Part shown: one piece after another, positions 1 through 9,702 of the stretch | How positions within the stretch are numbered: the stretch's first letter is position 1 | How the letters are laid out: every line of letters starts with the position of its first letter | Sequence record: NC_047713.1 | Direction: 5' to 3' (one strand) | DNA length: 64,000 nt | Position numbers and translations under genes: made by a program | Notes under the pieces: model-generated | What the model was told of the DNA's origin: nothing | Seen by the model: the letters and a program-made list of their open reading frames with translations, nothing else | Databases searched by the model: none

Positions 1-855
1 ATGAATAATACACAATCTGGGGGCGAAGATGATCGCTACTGGAAACTCACTTGCGACAAGTCCCAAAATGGATACGCTGTAATCCGTTTCCTCCCTGCAC
101 CAGACAGCGAGGATATGCCTTTCGTGAAACTATACTCTCACGCCTTCCAGTCAAAAGGAGGCTGGTTTATAGAGAACAGTCTAACTACACTCAATCAGAA
201 AGATCCTGTATCTGAGTATAACTCTGAACTCTGGAACAACGGAACTGAAGCAGGTAAAGAACAGGCACGTAAGCAGAAACGTAAGCTCACCTATATCGCT
301 AACATCTACGTAGTGAAGGATCCAGCTAACCCCGACAATGAGGGTCGCGTATTCCTCTACAAGTTTGGTAAGAAGATCTTTGACAAACTCATGAGTGCAA
401 TGCAACCTGAGTTCGAAGATGAAGATGCCATCAACCCCTTTGATTTCTGGGAAGGTGCAAACTTCAACCTCAAGGCTAAGAGTGTTGCGGGTTATCGTAA
501 CTACGACTCCTCTGGATTCGGTAAGGTTACTGCCCTCAATGATGATGATGAGGTTCTAGAGGGTGTCTGGAAGAAGGAACACTCCCTCGCGGAACTCGTA
601 GCACCTGATCAGTTCAAGGACTATGAGACACTCAAGAAGCGTATGAATCAAGTTCTAGGACTTGGTGGTACTTCACGTCCCGCTCCACAAGAAGATAGTG
701 GTGATGAGGATATCGAATCACAACTTCGTTCCTCTCGTCCTGCATTTGCTAAGGAAGAGAGTTCATACTCTGAACCTGAACTACCTTCTATGAGTTCTAG
801 TGATGATGGAGAAACTGATGATGCAATGAGTTACTTCCAATCACTAGCTGATTGA
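1..855 (+). CDS. gp32: ssDNA-binding protein (probably 5'-partial)
   Basis: T4 gp32 motifs GYAVIRFLP, ENSLTTLNQKDPV, YKFGKKIFDK, NPFDFWEGANF, acidic C-terminal tail. The window probably starts at an internal Met. Confidence 0.92.
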   Translation: MNNTQSGGEDDRYWKLTCDKSQNGYAVIRFLPAPDSEDMPFVKLYSHAFQSKGGWFIENSLTTLNQKDPVSEYNSELWNNGTEAGKEQARKQKRKLTYIANIYVVKDPANPDNEGRVFLYKFGKKIFDKLMSAMQPEFEDEDAINPFDFWEGANFNLKAKSVAGYRNYDSSGFGKVTALNDDDEVLEGVWKKEHSLAELVAPDQFKDYETLKKRMNQVLGLGGTSRPAPQEDSGDEDIESQLRSSRPAFAKEESSYSEPELPSMSSSDDGETDDAMSYFQSLAD

Positions 856-877
856 TATACCAGGAGAATATTTTACT

Positions 878-1201
878 ATGAAAATTGTACTAGCTATCGT
901 AGCTGCCTTCTTTCTTGCACTTCCTGCTTATGCTGCTGATGTTCAAATGGGTTTCAACGGAAACCTGGTATTTGAACCTAATGAACTCACAATCTCCGCA
1001 GGAGATACAGTCCACTTTCTGAATGATATGCTTCCTCCACATAATATTATTGTGGAGGCTAGACCTGACCTTTCACGAGAGTCACTTATGTTTAACCCAG
1101 GTGAGTCACAAGATATTGTGTTCGCTGATGTAGGTGACTATGAGTTCTTCTGTGGTCCTCATCAGGGAGCCGGAATGACCGGAGTGATTCACGTTGAGTG
1201 A
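878..1201 (+). CDS. petE: Plastocyanin (photosynthesis AMG)
   Basis: Signal peptide ending AYA; type-1 Cu ligands PPHN and FFCGPHQGAGM; AGGAG RBS upstream. Confidence 0.95.
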   Translation: MKIVLAIVAAFFLALPAYAADVQMGFNGNLVFEPNELTISAGDTVHFLNDMLPPHNIIVEARPDLSRESLMFNPGESQDIVFADVGDYEFFCGPHQGAGMTGVIHVE

Positions 1202-1582
1202 TCAGTTCTGAACAAGATACTTTAGAGGTAGAGTCAATGCTGTCTTTACCTCTATAGTTTTTAACTCATAATAAGAAGTTGCACTCTGGTTCCAGTCATA
1301 CTGACGAACCTTATTTAAGTGCATATTATATCCAACAAACCCCCAGTTATACACTGCGTTCACCGATGTAATCGGATACTGATCGTAGAGTAGATTGGGG
1401 GTTTTTGCGTAGTAATTGTAAATATATACCTTTCCTGGTATAGGGGCATTGACTTCAGAGTCCTTGAGTCTAGCCATCACCAGATCCATAATATCATCAG
1501 ACTTTTCTGTTCCAATTAGATTATCTAGAATAGGTTTCAGTCTATTAGAACTCTTCTGTTGGGATATCTTCTTTCTAGCCAT
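1202..1582 (-). CDS. Hypothetical phage protein
   Basis: 126-aa ORF overlapping the gp4 stop; no recognised motif. Confidence 0.7.
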   Translation of the reverse strand: MARKKISQQKSSNRLKPILDNLIGTEKSDDIMDLVMARLKDSEVNAPIPGKVYIYNYYAKTPNLLYDQYPITSVNAVYNWGFVGYNMHLNKVRQYDWNQSATSYYELKTIEVKTALTLPLKYLVQN

Positions 1583-2015
1583 TCTTAAATAGATCCTTTT
1601 CTGTTAGTATCCTGAACTCTAACCCATTATCAAGACAGAACTCGCGACATGCCGCCCACTTGGCTTGGTTCTGTGCGTATAAACTTTCAGCAATCATTAC
1701 ATTTTTGGTGCGACGGGTTGATTTAGGTGGGCTACATTCCCGAAGGGGTTTGATTTCGATGAGACATTTTTTGACCCCACCTTCTTTCTTTTTGTATTCC
1801 ACATAGAAGTCTGGAAAATACTTAGCCACCCTTTTCTTCATAGGGTTGTAATATGGGACGCTGATTTCCTCCGAAGCCCATCGAATGACACTATCTCTAT
1901 CATCCAAATATTTCATGAACTTCCGTTCCCATCCCGATCTATAGACGATATTGCTAGGATCTCCGATATACTTTTTAGGATTACTGGGTTTATACACTCC
2001 CTTCATGCTTGCCAT
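1575..2015 (-). CDS. gp4: Head completion protein (TnsA-like endonuclease fold)
   Basis: GVYKPSNPKKYIGDPSNIVYRSGWERKFM...WASEEISVPY...YFPDF...IEIKP is typical of gp4. Confidence 0.88.
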   Translation of the reverse strand: MASMKGVYKPSNPKKYIGDPSNIVYRSGWERKFMKYLDDRDSVIRWASEEISVPYYNPMKKRVAKYFPDFYVEYKKKEGGVKKCLIEIKPLRECSPPKSTRRTKNVMIAESLYAQNQAKWAACREFCLDNGLEFRILTEKDLFKNG

Positions 2016-2440
2016 AGTCTAAACCCCCTGTGTGACTTTCTTTTTCCGTTTAGAACATTACCAATGTGTGCGTAACTGACATTGTGCTCCTCTCCAAACT
2101 TCATTACACCATCTACTTCATATATAACCCCATCCTTTATTAGTTTCCCCTTCTTTCTAAACTGGGGATACTCTGCTCCTTTGTTGAGTGCTGGTTTCCC
2201 CTTTCTTGCCTTTGAAGAAGCGGCAATTGCCTTACTCATATCACGACCCTTGGCAATCTCACTCAGTTTCTTCTTGGTTTCTTCGGTGTGTTTCTGCCCC
2301 AACATACCACCACCGGATACTGCCCCCCACTGACCAACAGAGTATGTTGCCTCGAAAGTATCCACATACACAATACCTTCTGGTTCTACCCCCAAGAATT
2401 CATCAATAGGATCAAAATGATAGGTCTTTGTAACCAACAT
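2003..2440 (-). CDS. NUMOD3/HTH DNA-binding protein (homing-endonuclease-like, no visible nuclease domain)
   Basis: GQKHTEETKKKLSEIAKG NUMOD3 motif; C-terminal HTH-like HIGNVLNGKRKSHRGF. Confidence 0.65.
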   Translation of the reverse strand: MLVTKTYHFDPIDEFLGVEPEGIVYVDTFEATYSVGQWGAVSGGGMLGQKHTEETKKKLSEIAKGRDMSKAIAASSKARKGKPALNKGAEYPQFRKKGKLIKDGVIYEVDGVMKFGEEHNVSYAHIGNVLNGKRKSHRGFRLWQA

Positions 2441-2469
2441 AAATAATAATAGTCCCTAGTAGTATTTAG
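2438..2469. promoter_or_regulatory. Divergent T4-type late promoters
   Basis: CATAAATA on + at 2438-2445 and CTAAATAC on - at 2462-2469, between divergent late genes. Confidence 0.55.
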
Positions 2470-2473
2470 TAGA

Positions 2474-3220
2474 GTGAGAAGAGATCTAACCCTACAGGAT
2501 GTTCGTCCTCTAATAGGGAACCTATCACGGACAAATATCTACCAAGTGCAATTTGGTGGATTGAGTCCTGGTCTTATTGGATATCTAGCTTCTAGGAGTG
2601 TTGGTTCCCAGTTTATCGCAGATGGTGCTGGTTTGATGTGCTATGAAGCTTCCCTACCAGGATCATCACTATCACAAGTTCAGAGTTCTAACTTCCACGG
2701 AGTGGTAGAGAACTTTGCACACACAAGAGTATTCACACCCATTACCTTATCATTCTATTGTGACAGTGGTTATCAAACACTGAGAATGTTGGAACACTGG
2801 ATGGAGTATGTTGTCAGTGGAAATGGAACATCAGGAATGGCATATGGTGGAAATAACTATAACTATCGTCTAAAGTATCCCAATGACCCATCAGATGGGT
2901 ATAAGTGTGACTCTACTAGTGTATATAAGTTTGAAGGTGACAGGGAAAATGGAAGTGTGATGGAGTATTCCTTCATTGGACTGTATCCTTCCAACCTATC
3001 CTCAGTCCCTGTTAGATACGGACCCAATAATGAGATTACTAGAGTAACTTGTAGTTTCTCCTATGATAGATATGTTGCTGGATCTAAACGAAGTTTTGAT
3101 TGGATTCTTGGTAACTCCAATAACAGAGATCAATCTAACGGTAACTTTATTAATCAAACAGTTAGGGATCTTTTGGATGTTGGTGTTGACTTTGTTGGTA
3201 ACATCCTAAACAGGAGATAA
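2474..3220 (+). CDS. Tail-tube-fold protein, baseplate tube initiator-like (gp54/gp19 family)
   Basis: CYEASLPGSSL...AHTRVFTPITLSFYCD...LEHWMEYV...VTCSFSYD tube-fold pattern; located before gp48. Confidence 0.65.
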   Translation: MRRDLTLQDVRPLIGNLSRTNIYQVQFGGLSPGLIGYLASRSVGSQFIADGAGLMCYEASLPGSSLSQVQSSNFHGVVENFAHTRVFTPITLSFYCDSGYQTLRMLEHWMEYVVSGNGTSGMAYGGNNYNYRLKYPNDPSDGYKCDSTSVYKFEGDRENGSVMEYSFIGLYPSNLSSVPVRYGPNNEITRVTCSFSYDRYVAGSKRSFDWILGNSNNRDQSNGNFINQTVRDLLDVGVDFVGNILNRR

Positions 3221-3228
3221 ATAGTAAT

Positions 3229-4188
3229 ATGGCAAAATCTAAGAAACAACTAAGATACCCACTTACTAGGATTGAGACCAACTCCGACTATCTATCTATT
3301 AATGTGTGTAAATATAATCCACCAGGTTTTGCTGGGGGTAACACTTCTGATACTATGTTCGATATCCCATCCAGCACTAGTATAGGTGGTGGTGGTAACT
3401 GCTCAAAGAAATCTATTGAGGGTAATATTTTATTGCCCATGCCTGATTCAATCGTAGACTCAAATATAACTAACTGGGAGAGTAATGAGATTAATAGTGT
3501 AGCTGCTTCTGCTATTGGCAGTATCAAACAGGGATTGGAGGAATTTACACTAGATAGTATGATAAACAGCCCAGGCAAAAAACTCACAGATGGGTTAGCG
3601 CGCGCACAAACTACAGCAAGTAACGCTTTAGACGCCGCAAAGGATCCAGCTGTTTCTGCTGCTTTGGAAAACTACTTTATTGGTAATGCTGTTAATCTAT
3701 TTGGTGCAAACGTAGACGCAACATCACTCCTATCCAGAGAAAAGGGTTTAGTTCTTAACCCAAACATGGAGTTTCTATTCAAAGGTGTTCAACTTCGATC
3801 TTTCGACTTCACCTTTGTCATGAACCCCAGAAGTAGACAGGAGTCTATCGAGGTTAAATCTATCATCAATACTTTCAAGAAGAGAATGGCAGCTAAGAGT
3901 AGTGCTGAGGGATCAGGACCTAGAGGGTTATTTGTCAAAGCGCCTGATGTATTTGAACTCCAATTTAAGAGGGGTTCTTCCAAACATCCTTTCTTATATA
4001 CTATGAAGACTTGCGCACTCACAAAGATGACTGTAGATTATATGAGAACTGGTAACTATATCACATATGAGGATAGTACTCCAGTTCAATTAGCAATGGC
4101 TTTGAGTTTCACTGAACTCAACCCAATATACGCAGAGGATTATGATATGAATAACCTACCTGGTGCAGATGAAGGAGTTGGATTCTAA
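3229..4188 (+). CDS. gp48: Baseplate tail tube cap
   Basis: ILLPMPDSIVD, LNPNMEFLFKGVQLRSFDFTFVMNPRS, LSFTELNPIY; synteny with gp53. Confidence 0.8.
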   Translation: MAKSKKQLRYPLTRIETNSDYLSINVCKYNPPGFAGGNTSDTMFDIPSSTSIGGGGNCSKKSIEGNILLPMPDSIVDSNITNWESNEINSVAASAIGSIKQGLEEFTLDSMINSPGKKLTDGLARAQTTASNALDAAKDPAVSAALENYFIGNAVNLFGANVDATSLLSREKGLVLNPNMEFLFKGVQLRSFDFTFVMNPRSRQESIEVKSIINTFKKRMAAKSSAEGSGPRGLFVKAPDVFELQFKRGSSKHPFLYTMKTCALTKMTVDYMRTGNYITYEDSTPVQLAMALSFTELNPIYAEDYDMNNLPGADEGVGF

Positions 4189-4847
4189 TGACTTATTTTA
4201 GAGAGCTACCAAACTTAGAGTACGAAAACTTCCTATCAGATTCCAATGGATCTGGTGATTATATCCTAATGAAGAATATCTTCGTTAGGGGAAAACTTCG
4301 TGATGACTTACAAAATGTATTAACTCTATTCAATAAGTATATTATTGAAGAGGATGAGAGGCCAGATCAGATTGCTCTGAAACTATATGGTGATCCAGGT
4401 TTAGATTGGGTTATTCGTATGGTGGGTGAAATTACTAACATGCCCAACGATTGGCCAATATCTTCACAACAACTCTATGAGTTCTGTGTGGAAAAGTATG
4501 ATGGTGAGAAGGGTATGAATGGTGTTAAGTATTATCAAACTACTGAAGTTAAAGACTCACAGGGTAGAATATTACTAGCAGCTGGTCTCACAGTTGATAA
4601 GAACTTCACAATCCCTGATCCCGATCCAGATCACCAGGGTAATATTATTAATCCAACTGAACCAGTTACTAACTACGCATACGAAACCAATCTTAACGAT
4701 AGTAAGAGGGAACTATATGTATTGAAGAAGTCGTTCATTGGTCAGTTTGTGAGTGATATGAGAGATATTAATACATATGGATTCAACTCTGAGTTTGTGA
4801 ATTCTAAAACTCTTCGTGTGGCAAACACTAGGGTAACCAATCCCTGA
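4188..4847 (+). CDS. gp53: Baseplate wedge component (LysM-like)
   Basis: YFRELPNLEY, ERPDQIALKLYGDPGLDWVI, DWPIS, YAYETNLNDSKREL. Confidence 0.87.
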   Translation: MTYFRELPNLEYENFLSDSNGSGDYILMKNIFVRGKLRDDLQNVLTLFNKYIIEEDERPDQIALKLYGDPGLDWVIRMVGEITNMPNDWPISSQQLYEFCVEKYDGEKGMNGVKYYQTTEVKDSQGRILLAAGLTVDKNFTIPDPDPDHQGNIINPTEPVTNYAYETNLNDSKRELYVLKKSFIGQFVSDMRDINTYGFNSEFVNSKTLRVANTRVTNP

Positions 4848-4883
4848 TAAATACAGCATACCTTTCTATATTATTCTTACATC

Positions 4884-5594
4884 ATGGCGTTACCTAAGAT
4901 TGCCAAGATAACCTATGAATTGGTTATTCCTTCCACTGGCAAAAAGATTAAGTATAGACCTTTTCTAGTTAAAGAAGAGAAAGTTCTTATTCTTGCACAA
5001 GAATCTGGTTCCCAAACGGAAATGACCAGAGCTATTAAAGATGTTATCTCTGCTTGTGTTCAAACTCGTGGATTTAAGGTCGATCAGATGGCAACCTTTG
5101 ATATTGAGTATGTCTTCTTAAACATTAGGGGGAGATCTGTCGGTGAATCTGTGGATGTTATCGTCACCTGTCCAGATGACGAAAAGACTACAGTTCCCGT
5201 TACTATTTATCTAGATGAAATTGAGGTTATCTTTGATGAAAACCACGAGGCAAACATCAAGTTAGATGATACTTACTCTGTACAGATGAAGTATCCCACT
5301 ATGGAACAGGTCATGGAAGCAGATGCTGACAACATCTCCATCCAAGAAAGTCTAGAACTGATTGCCAAGTGTATTGATCAGATTTATAGTGAAGAGGAAT
5401 CTTTCGCCGCTTCTGATTCCTCACTGAAGGAACTTGTATCATGGGTAGAGGATCTGGAACCTAAACAGTTTACTAAACTAGAGAACTTCTTCACCACCAT
5501 GCCTAAGTTATCACATACTATTAATGTGATGAACCCAGAAACAGATGTTGAGAGTTCTGTCGTATTGGAGGGACTGGGTAGTTTTTTCGCGTAA
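4884..5594 (+). CDS. gp26: Baseplate hub subunit
   Basis: MALPKI..TYEL.IPSTGKKIKYRPFLVKEEK; FDIEYVFLNIRGRSVGE; LEGLGSFF terminus. Confidence 0.9.
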   Translation: MALPKIAKITYELVIPSTGKKIKYRPFLVKEEKVLILAQESGSQTEMTRAIKDVISACVQTRGFKVDQMATFDIEYVFLNIRGRSVGESVDVIVTCPDDEKTTVPVTIYLDEIEVIFDENHEANIKLDDTYSVQMKYPTMEQVMEADADNISIQESLELIAKCIDQIYSEEESFAASDSSLKELVSWVEDLEPKQFTKLENFFTTMPKLSHTINVMNPETDVESSVVLEGLGSFFA

Positions 5595-5596
5595 GT

Positions 5597-5776
5597 ATGG
5601 CTCACATGGATCTAGAGTCATACTATAAGACCAACTTTGCACTGATGCAACACCACAAGTACAACCTCTCCGATATTGAAGATATGATCCCATGGGAGAG
5701 GGACATCTATGTTACTCTACTCAAGAACTGGATTGAGGAAGAGGAACAACGAATCGCACAACAGCAGAAAGGATGA
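5597..5776 (+). CDS. gp51: Baseplate hub assembly catalyst (59 aa; absent from ORF track)
   Basis: Own translation: MAHMDLESYYKTNFALMQHHKYNLSDIEDMIPWERDIYVTLLKNWIEEEEQRIAQQQKG, the classic gp51 signature directly after gp26. Confidence 0.88.
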   Translation: MAHMDLESYYKTNFALMQHHKYNLSDIEDMIPWERDIYVTLLKNWIEEEEQRIAQQQKG

Positions 5777-7707
5777 GTTTATTCACCTCCGCTACTTCAG
5801 GTGTAGATCCCCAAACAGGATCTTACCTCTCTAAGGAACAAAGAGTTGCGATGTTCCAATCCTCCCGTGGTCGTGGAGGTGGTGGAAGCGCTACGCCTGA
5901 AGGTAAAAGAGGTAAAGTTGCACCACAGAATGCCATTGTTGTAGCAAACAAGATGGCACAGGTGGTTCAGACACTCCAGACAAATACACAGGAGACTGTT
6001 CAAGCTGTTAATGTAAAGGTTCAAGAGAACGCACAGAATATTGAAAACCTCTACAAATCTGTTCAGAATAACAGATCAGCAGAGGCTAAGGAAGAAAAAG
6101 CAGAGACAAAAGATTTAAGAGCAGACAGAGAGAATGCACTAAGGGCAGGTAAAGAGAAACTTATTGAGGGCATGTCATCAGCTGTTGCTGGTCTTGTCGG
6201 TGTAGGTAAGAGGGCAGCTGATGCTGCACTTAAACCCGTTATGGGTTTCTGGGAAAAGATTAAAGGATTCTTGCTTAATATAGCAGCAGCTTGGGCTATT
6301 AAGAATCTCCCAGTTATTATGGGTTATGTTGAAGATTTTGTTAGTTGGTTAGGTGACTTTAAGAGTTGGTTGCCTAAGTCTCTTACGGGTCTTCGTGGTG
6401 TATGGTCTATTGCGGATAATATTATCCGAGCAATGTGGCGCGGTTTCAGTCGTATTGGCGGCACAATATACCGTATCGCTACATGGTTAACTAGAAAGTT
6501 ATTTTCACTACTCAAGAGAATATTTGCACCTATTGGTAGATTTGTTTTAAGAATAGTAGGTGGTATTGTTGACTTCCTGAGACCAATAGTATCTAGAGCA
6601 CTGAGAGGTTTGGGTGATGCACTTGGTGGAATGGGGAACTCCATCAATCGAGCTTTTGGTGGTGGTGGTAGTTCCAGTGGTCTAGGTGGAGTTAAAGGTG
6701 GCGCTGGTGTTGAACCTGGTCAGAAGGCAATAGCTGGAGCTGCCGAAGAAGGTGGAGGTCTTTTGAGTGGCATCAGGAAATTCTTCAAAGGGCTTGGGGA
6801 TAAAGGCAAGGCTGCTTTTACTAAAGGTCAAGAGTTATTCGCGAGTGGTGGTAAAAAGATTCAGCAGGGTATAGGTGCAATACAGGAAACCACCACTGGA
6901 GTTAAACCACAACCCGAAAAGCATGCGGGGTGGCTTAAAAAAGCATTAACTCCTATTGGTGACCTTCTTCCCGGTATGAAGGGAGCACTTAGTGGTGTAG
7001 GTAAACTAATCAATGGTGTTCTTAAAGTTGTTCCTGGTATTGGTTTTGCTATTGATTTGGCTCTAAACAAGGGAATCAATGGTGATGACTGGACTACTGC
7101 TATTGTAGCCGCTCTTGGTTCCTCTGTCGCTGGTGGTATTGGTATTGCTGGTGGTGCTAAGATTGGTGGTGGAGTTGGTTTTGCTCTTGGTACTGCTATT
7201 CCTGGTATAGGTAACATTGTTGGTGCCGCTATTGGTGCCGGTCTTGGTGGTATTATCGGTGGTATTGCTGGTGGTGCTCTTGGTGATACTGCAGCTAGAA
7301 TGGGTCTGGATGCATTAAATATAGGAGAAAGTGCTCAGTCGGAAAACAAACCAGCTGATATAGGTTCTCCTGGCGGTGCGATGGATCTTGAGGGTGGTGC
7401 TCACGAAACAGTACCTGCTAGTTCTGTGGGAGCTACAACTAACAATAACTCAACATCAGGTATGGTTAGTAGTGCAACCAGTGGTAGTAGCACACCAGAA
7501 GGTATGTCAGAACCAAACGGTGGTAATACTACTTCTGTTGAAACCATTAATCTAGCTCCTAATGTTGTAGATAGTGGTAAGGAGGATAGTTCTGGAAAAC
7601 TTGAAGTGCCGTCTATGATTGATGATAACCCCTTCTGGCAGACAGCAGATCCAGCTTCTGATATGTACAGGAGTTTCGCTTCAACTGAATACGAGTTGGT
7701 ACACTAA
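5773..7707 (+). CDS. Tape-measure-like / gp29-like protein with glycine-zipper segment
   Basis: 644 aa; N-terminal coiled coil, amphipathic helices, G/A/I-rich membrane-like stretch; position after gp26-gp51. Confidence 0.5.
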   Translation: MSLFTSATSGVDPQTGSYLSKEQRVAMFQSSRGRGGGGSATPEGKRGKVAPQNAIVVANKMAQVVQTLQTNTQETVQAVNVKVQENAQNIENLYKSVQNNRSAEAKEEKAETKDLRADRENALRAGKEKLIEGMSSAVAGLVGVGKRAADAALKPVMGFWEKIKGFLLNIAAAWAIKNLPVIMGYVEDFVSWLGDFKSWLPKSLTGLRGVWSIADNIIRAMWRGFSRIGGTIYRIATWLTRKLFSLLKRIFAPIGRFVLRIVGGIVDFLRPIVSRALRGLGDALGGMGNSINRAFGGGGSSSGLGGVKGGAGVEPGQKAIAGAAEEGGGLLSGIRKFFKGLGDKGKAAFTKGQELFASGGKKIQQGIGAIQETTTGVKPQPEKHAGWLKKALTPIGDLLPGMKGALSGVGKLINGVLKVVPGIGFAIDLALNKGINGDDWTTAIVAALGSSVAGGIGIAGGAKIGGGVGFALGTAIPGIGNIVGAAIGAGLGGIIGGIAGGALGDTAARMGLDALNIGESAQSENKPADIGSPGGAMDLEGGAHETVPASSVGATTNNNSTSGMVSSATSGSSTPEGMSEPNGGNTTSVETINLAPNVVDSGKEDSSGKLEVPSMIDDNPFWQTADPASDMYRSFASTEYELVH

Positions 7708-9668
7708 TGGCACAACCACAAATTGCTGCAAACAAAACTAAAGCTCTGAGGATTGGTCAGAGGTTGATGGTTGGTGCCAAGAGTTTTGGTAAAGGTGTCA
7801 GGAATAGTGTTGACACTTCACAACAGGTTATCACTCAGAGTGCTCGTAAGATCAAATCAGATCAGAAAAGAATCAACGCAGAGAATAAGAAACAAGAAAG
7901 GTTTGAAGATGCAGTACGGGAAGAAACAGAGAGAAGACAGAAATCCCTAACAAAGGGTGCATATGGTGTTGGTAGTGCTGCCAAGAAGCTAACCGAGAAG
8001 GTTATGGTGGATCCAATGAAAGCTATTTGGAACATTATTGCTGCTTGGGCTATTAAGAATCTCCCAATTATTGTTGATGAAGTTAGAAAATTTGTAAAGA
8101 AAGTGAGGATTGTAATAGCTGCTATTAATAACGCGTTTAGAGCAACTGGTAACCTATTTAAGGGGTGGTTATCATATGGACAGGCTTGGCTGACAAATAT
8201 GGTTACCTTTGACTGGGGTGACTCCACAGGTAGGTTGGAAGAAGCACAGGCTGAAATAGATAATAGTTATGATGAATTGGATGCAAGTTGGAATACTATC
8301 TACAATGTATGGGGTAAGGAGGAAGAAGAGTTAGACAAAATGCTAACTTGGTTGGATAGTGGTAAGACTATTAAACAGGCTACTGATGCTATTACACAAG
8401 GTATTCCATTGCCACAGACACCTGCTTTTGGTGATGGTAGTAGGGAAGGTGGCGGAGGTTATGGTGGATCAGGCATCCAAATGAGTGCTGATGAGCAACA
8501 ACTTACAGAGTCATTGATTGCTGGTGAGGAGGGGGTAAGAACCAAAGCATATCAGGATACTGAAGGTATTTGGACGATTGGTTACGGACAAACTAGAATT
8601 AATGGTCGTGCAGTAAGACCAGGTGATACAATAACAAAAGCACAAGCATTGGGTGGTTTTAGAGGTGCTCTTGCAGAACACCAACAAAGGGCAATCAATC
8701 AACTTGGTGAGGAGAGATGGTCACAACTGGACGCAAGATCTAGAGCAGTTCTCACCTCTATAACATACAACTATGGTAGTATTCCTGGTAGAGTTCTACC
8801 TGCTGCTAAAACTGGTAATGCTGAAGACATTGCTGTAGCGATGAATAGTTTGTATGGAGATAATAGAGGAGTTCTAAAAGGTAGAAGACAGAGAGAGCAA
8901 TCTATTCTCAGGGGCGGTACTTCTTCTTACTTAGATAAAGACTTTATGGCTGGTGGTCAATTTGCAGGCTCTGGTACTGGTCCTCTAGTCATGGGTGGTG
9001 GAAATGAATCTACTTCAGGTTCAATATCTTCATCTGGAGGCACAACCAACACAACTGCAATGAAGAGAGGTGATATGGTTGGTGGTTTTAGTGTTAGTTC
9101 TGCATTTGGACGTAGAGCTGCACCTACTGCTGGTGCTAGTTCTAATCATGGGGGTCTTGATATTGCTACTCCACAAGGAACATACTTAGCTTTTGATGTT
9201 GATGTTGAGATTATGTTCGCTGGTTCAGCTGGTGGATATGGATATGTCATTGATGCTTGGTCGGCATCATTAGGAATTCAGTTCCGTTGTGCTCACATGT
9301 CAGTATTAATGTGTAACCCAGGACAGAAAGTTCGTGCTGGAACTGCTGTTGGTAGAACTGGTGGTGCAGTGGGAAGTCGTGGAGCTGGTACATCCACTGG
9401 ACCTCATCTTCACTTTGAAGTGAGTAATCAGAAGGGTTCTGCTAACTATGGTGGTTCAAATAGTGCTAGTATGTTAGCCAGATACGCAAAACACTTAATC
9501 CTTAGCTCATCTAAACCACAACCACAGTCACTCAGACCAGCTACAGTAAGTTCTTCCTCACAGCAAACCGCTAATCAACTTAACTCTTCTGCTTCCTCCA
9601 GAAGAACTAATGGTAGGAGAACTGATCAAAAAATAATACTAATCAAGGAAAATACTATTATTAAATAA
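7707..9668 (+). CDS. Virion-associated peptidoglycan hydrolase: coiled coil + GH24 lysozyme + M23 peptidase
   Basis: E-GVRTKAYQ-D-TEGIW-T (E-x8-D-x5-T triad); M23 motifs HGGLD and GPHLHFEV. Confidence 0.82.
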   Translation: MAQPQIAANKTKALRIGQRLMVGAKSFGKGVRNSVDTSQQVITQSARKIKSDQKRINAENKKQERFEDAVREETERRQKSLTKGAYGVGSAAKKLTEKVMVDPMKAIWNIIAAWAIKNLPIIVDEVRKFVKKVRIVIAAINNAFRATGNLFKGWLSYGQAWLTNMVTFDWGDSTGRLEEAQAEIDNSYDELDASWNTIYNVWGKEEEELDKMLTWLDSGKTIKQATDAITQGIPLPQTPAFGDGSREGGGGYGGSGIQMSADEQQLTESLIAGEEGVRTKAYQDTEGIWTIGYGQTRINGRAVRPGDTITKAQALGGFRGALAEHQQRAINQLGEERWSQLDARSRAVLTSITYNYGSIPGRVLPAAKTGNAEDIAVAMNSLYGDNRGVLKGRRQREQSILRGGTSSYLDKDFMAGGQFAGSGTGPLVMGGGNESTSGSISSSGGTTNTTAMKRGDMVGGFSVSSAFGRRAAPTAGASSNHGGLDIATPQGTYLAFDVDVEIMFAGSAGGYGYVIDAWSASLGIQFRCAHMSVLMCNPGQKVRAGTAVGRTGGAVGSRGAGTSTGPHLHFEVSNQKGSANYGGSNSASMLARYAKHLILSSSKPQPQSLRPATVSSSSQQTANQLNSSASSRRTNGRRTDQKIILIKENTIIK

Positions 9669-9670
9669 CC

Positions 9671-9678
9671 TATAAATA
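9671..9678 (+). promoter_or_regulatory. T4 late promoter
   Basis: Exact TATAAATA, 24 nt before the ORF at 9703. Confidence 0.75.
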
Positions 9679-9702
9679 CCTAATATAGGTGTGTAAGGTG
9701 TA

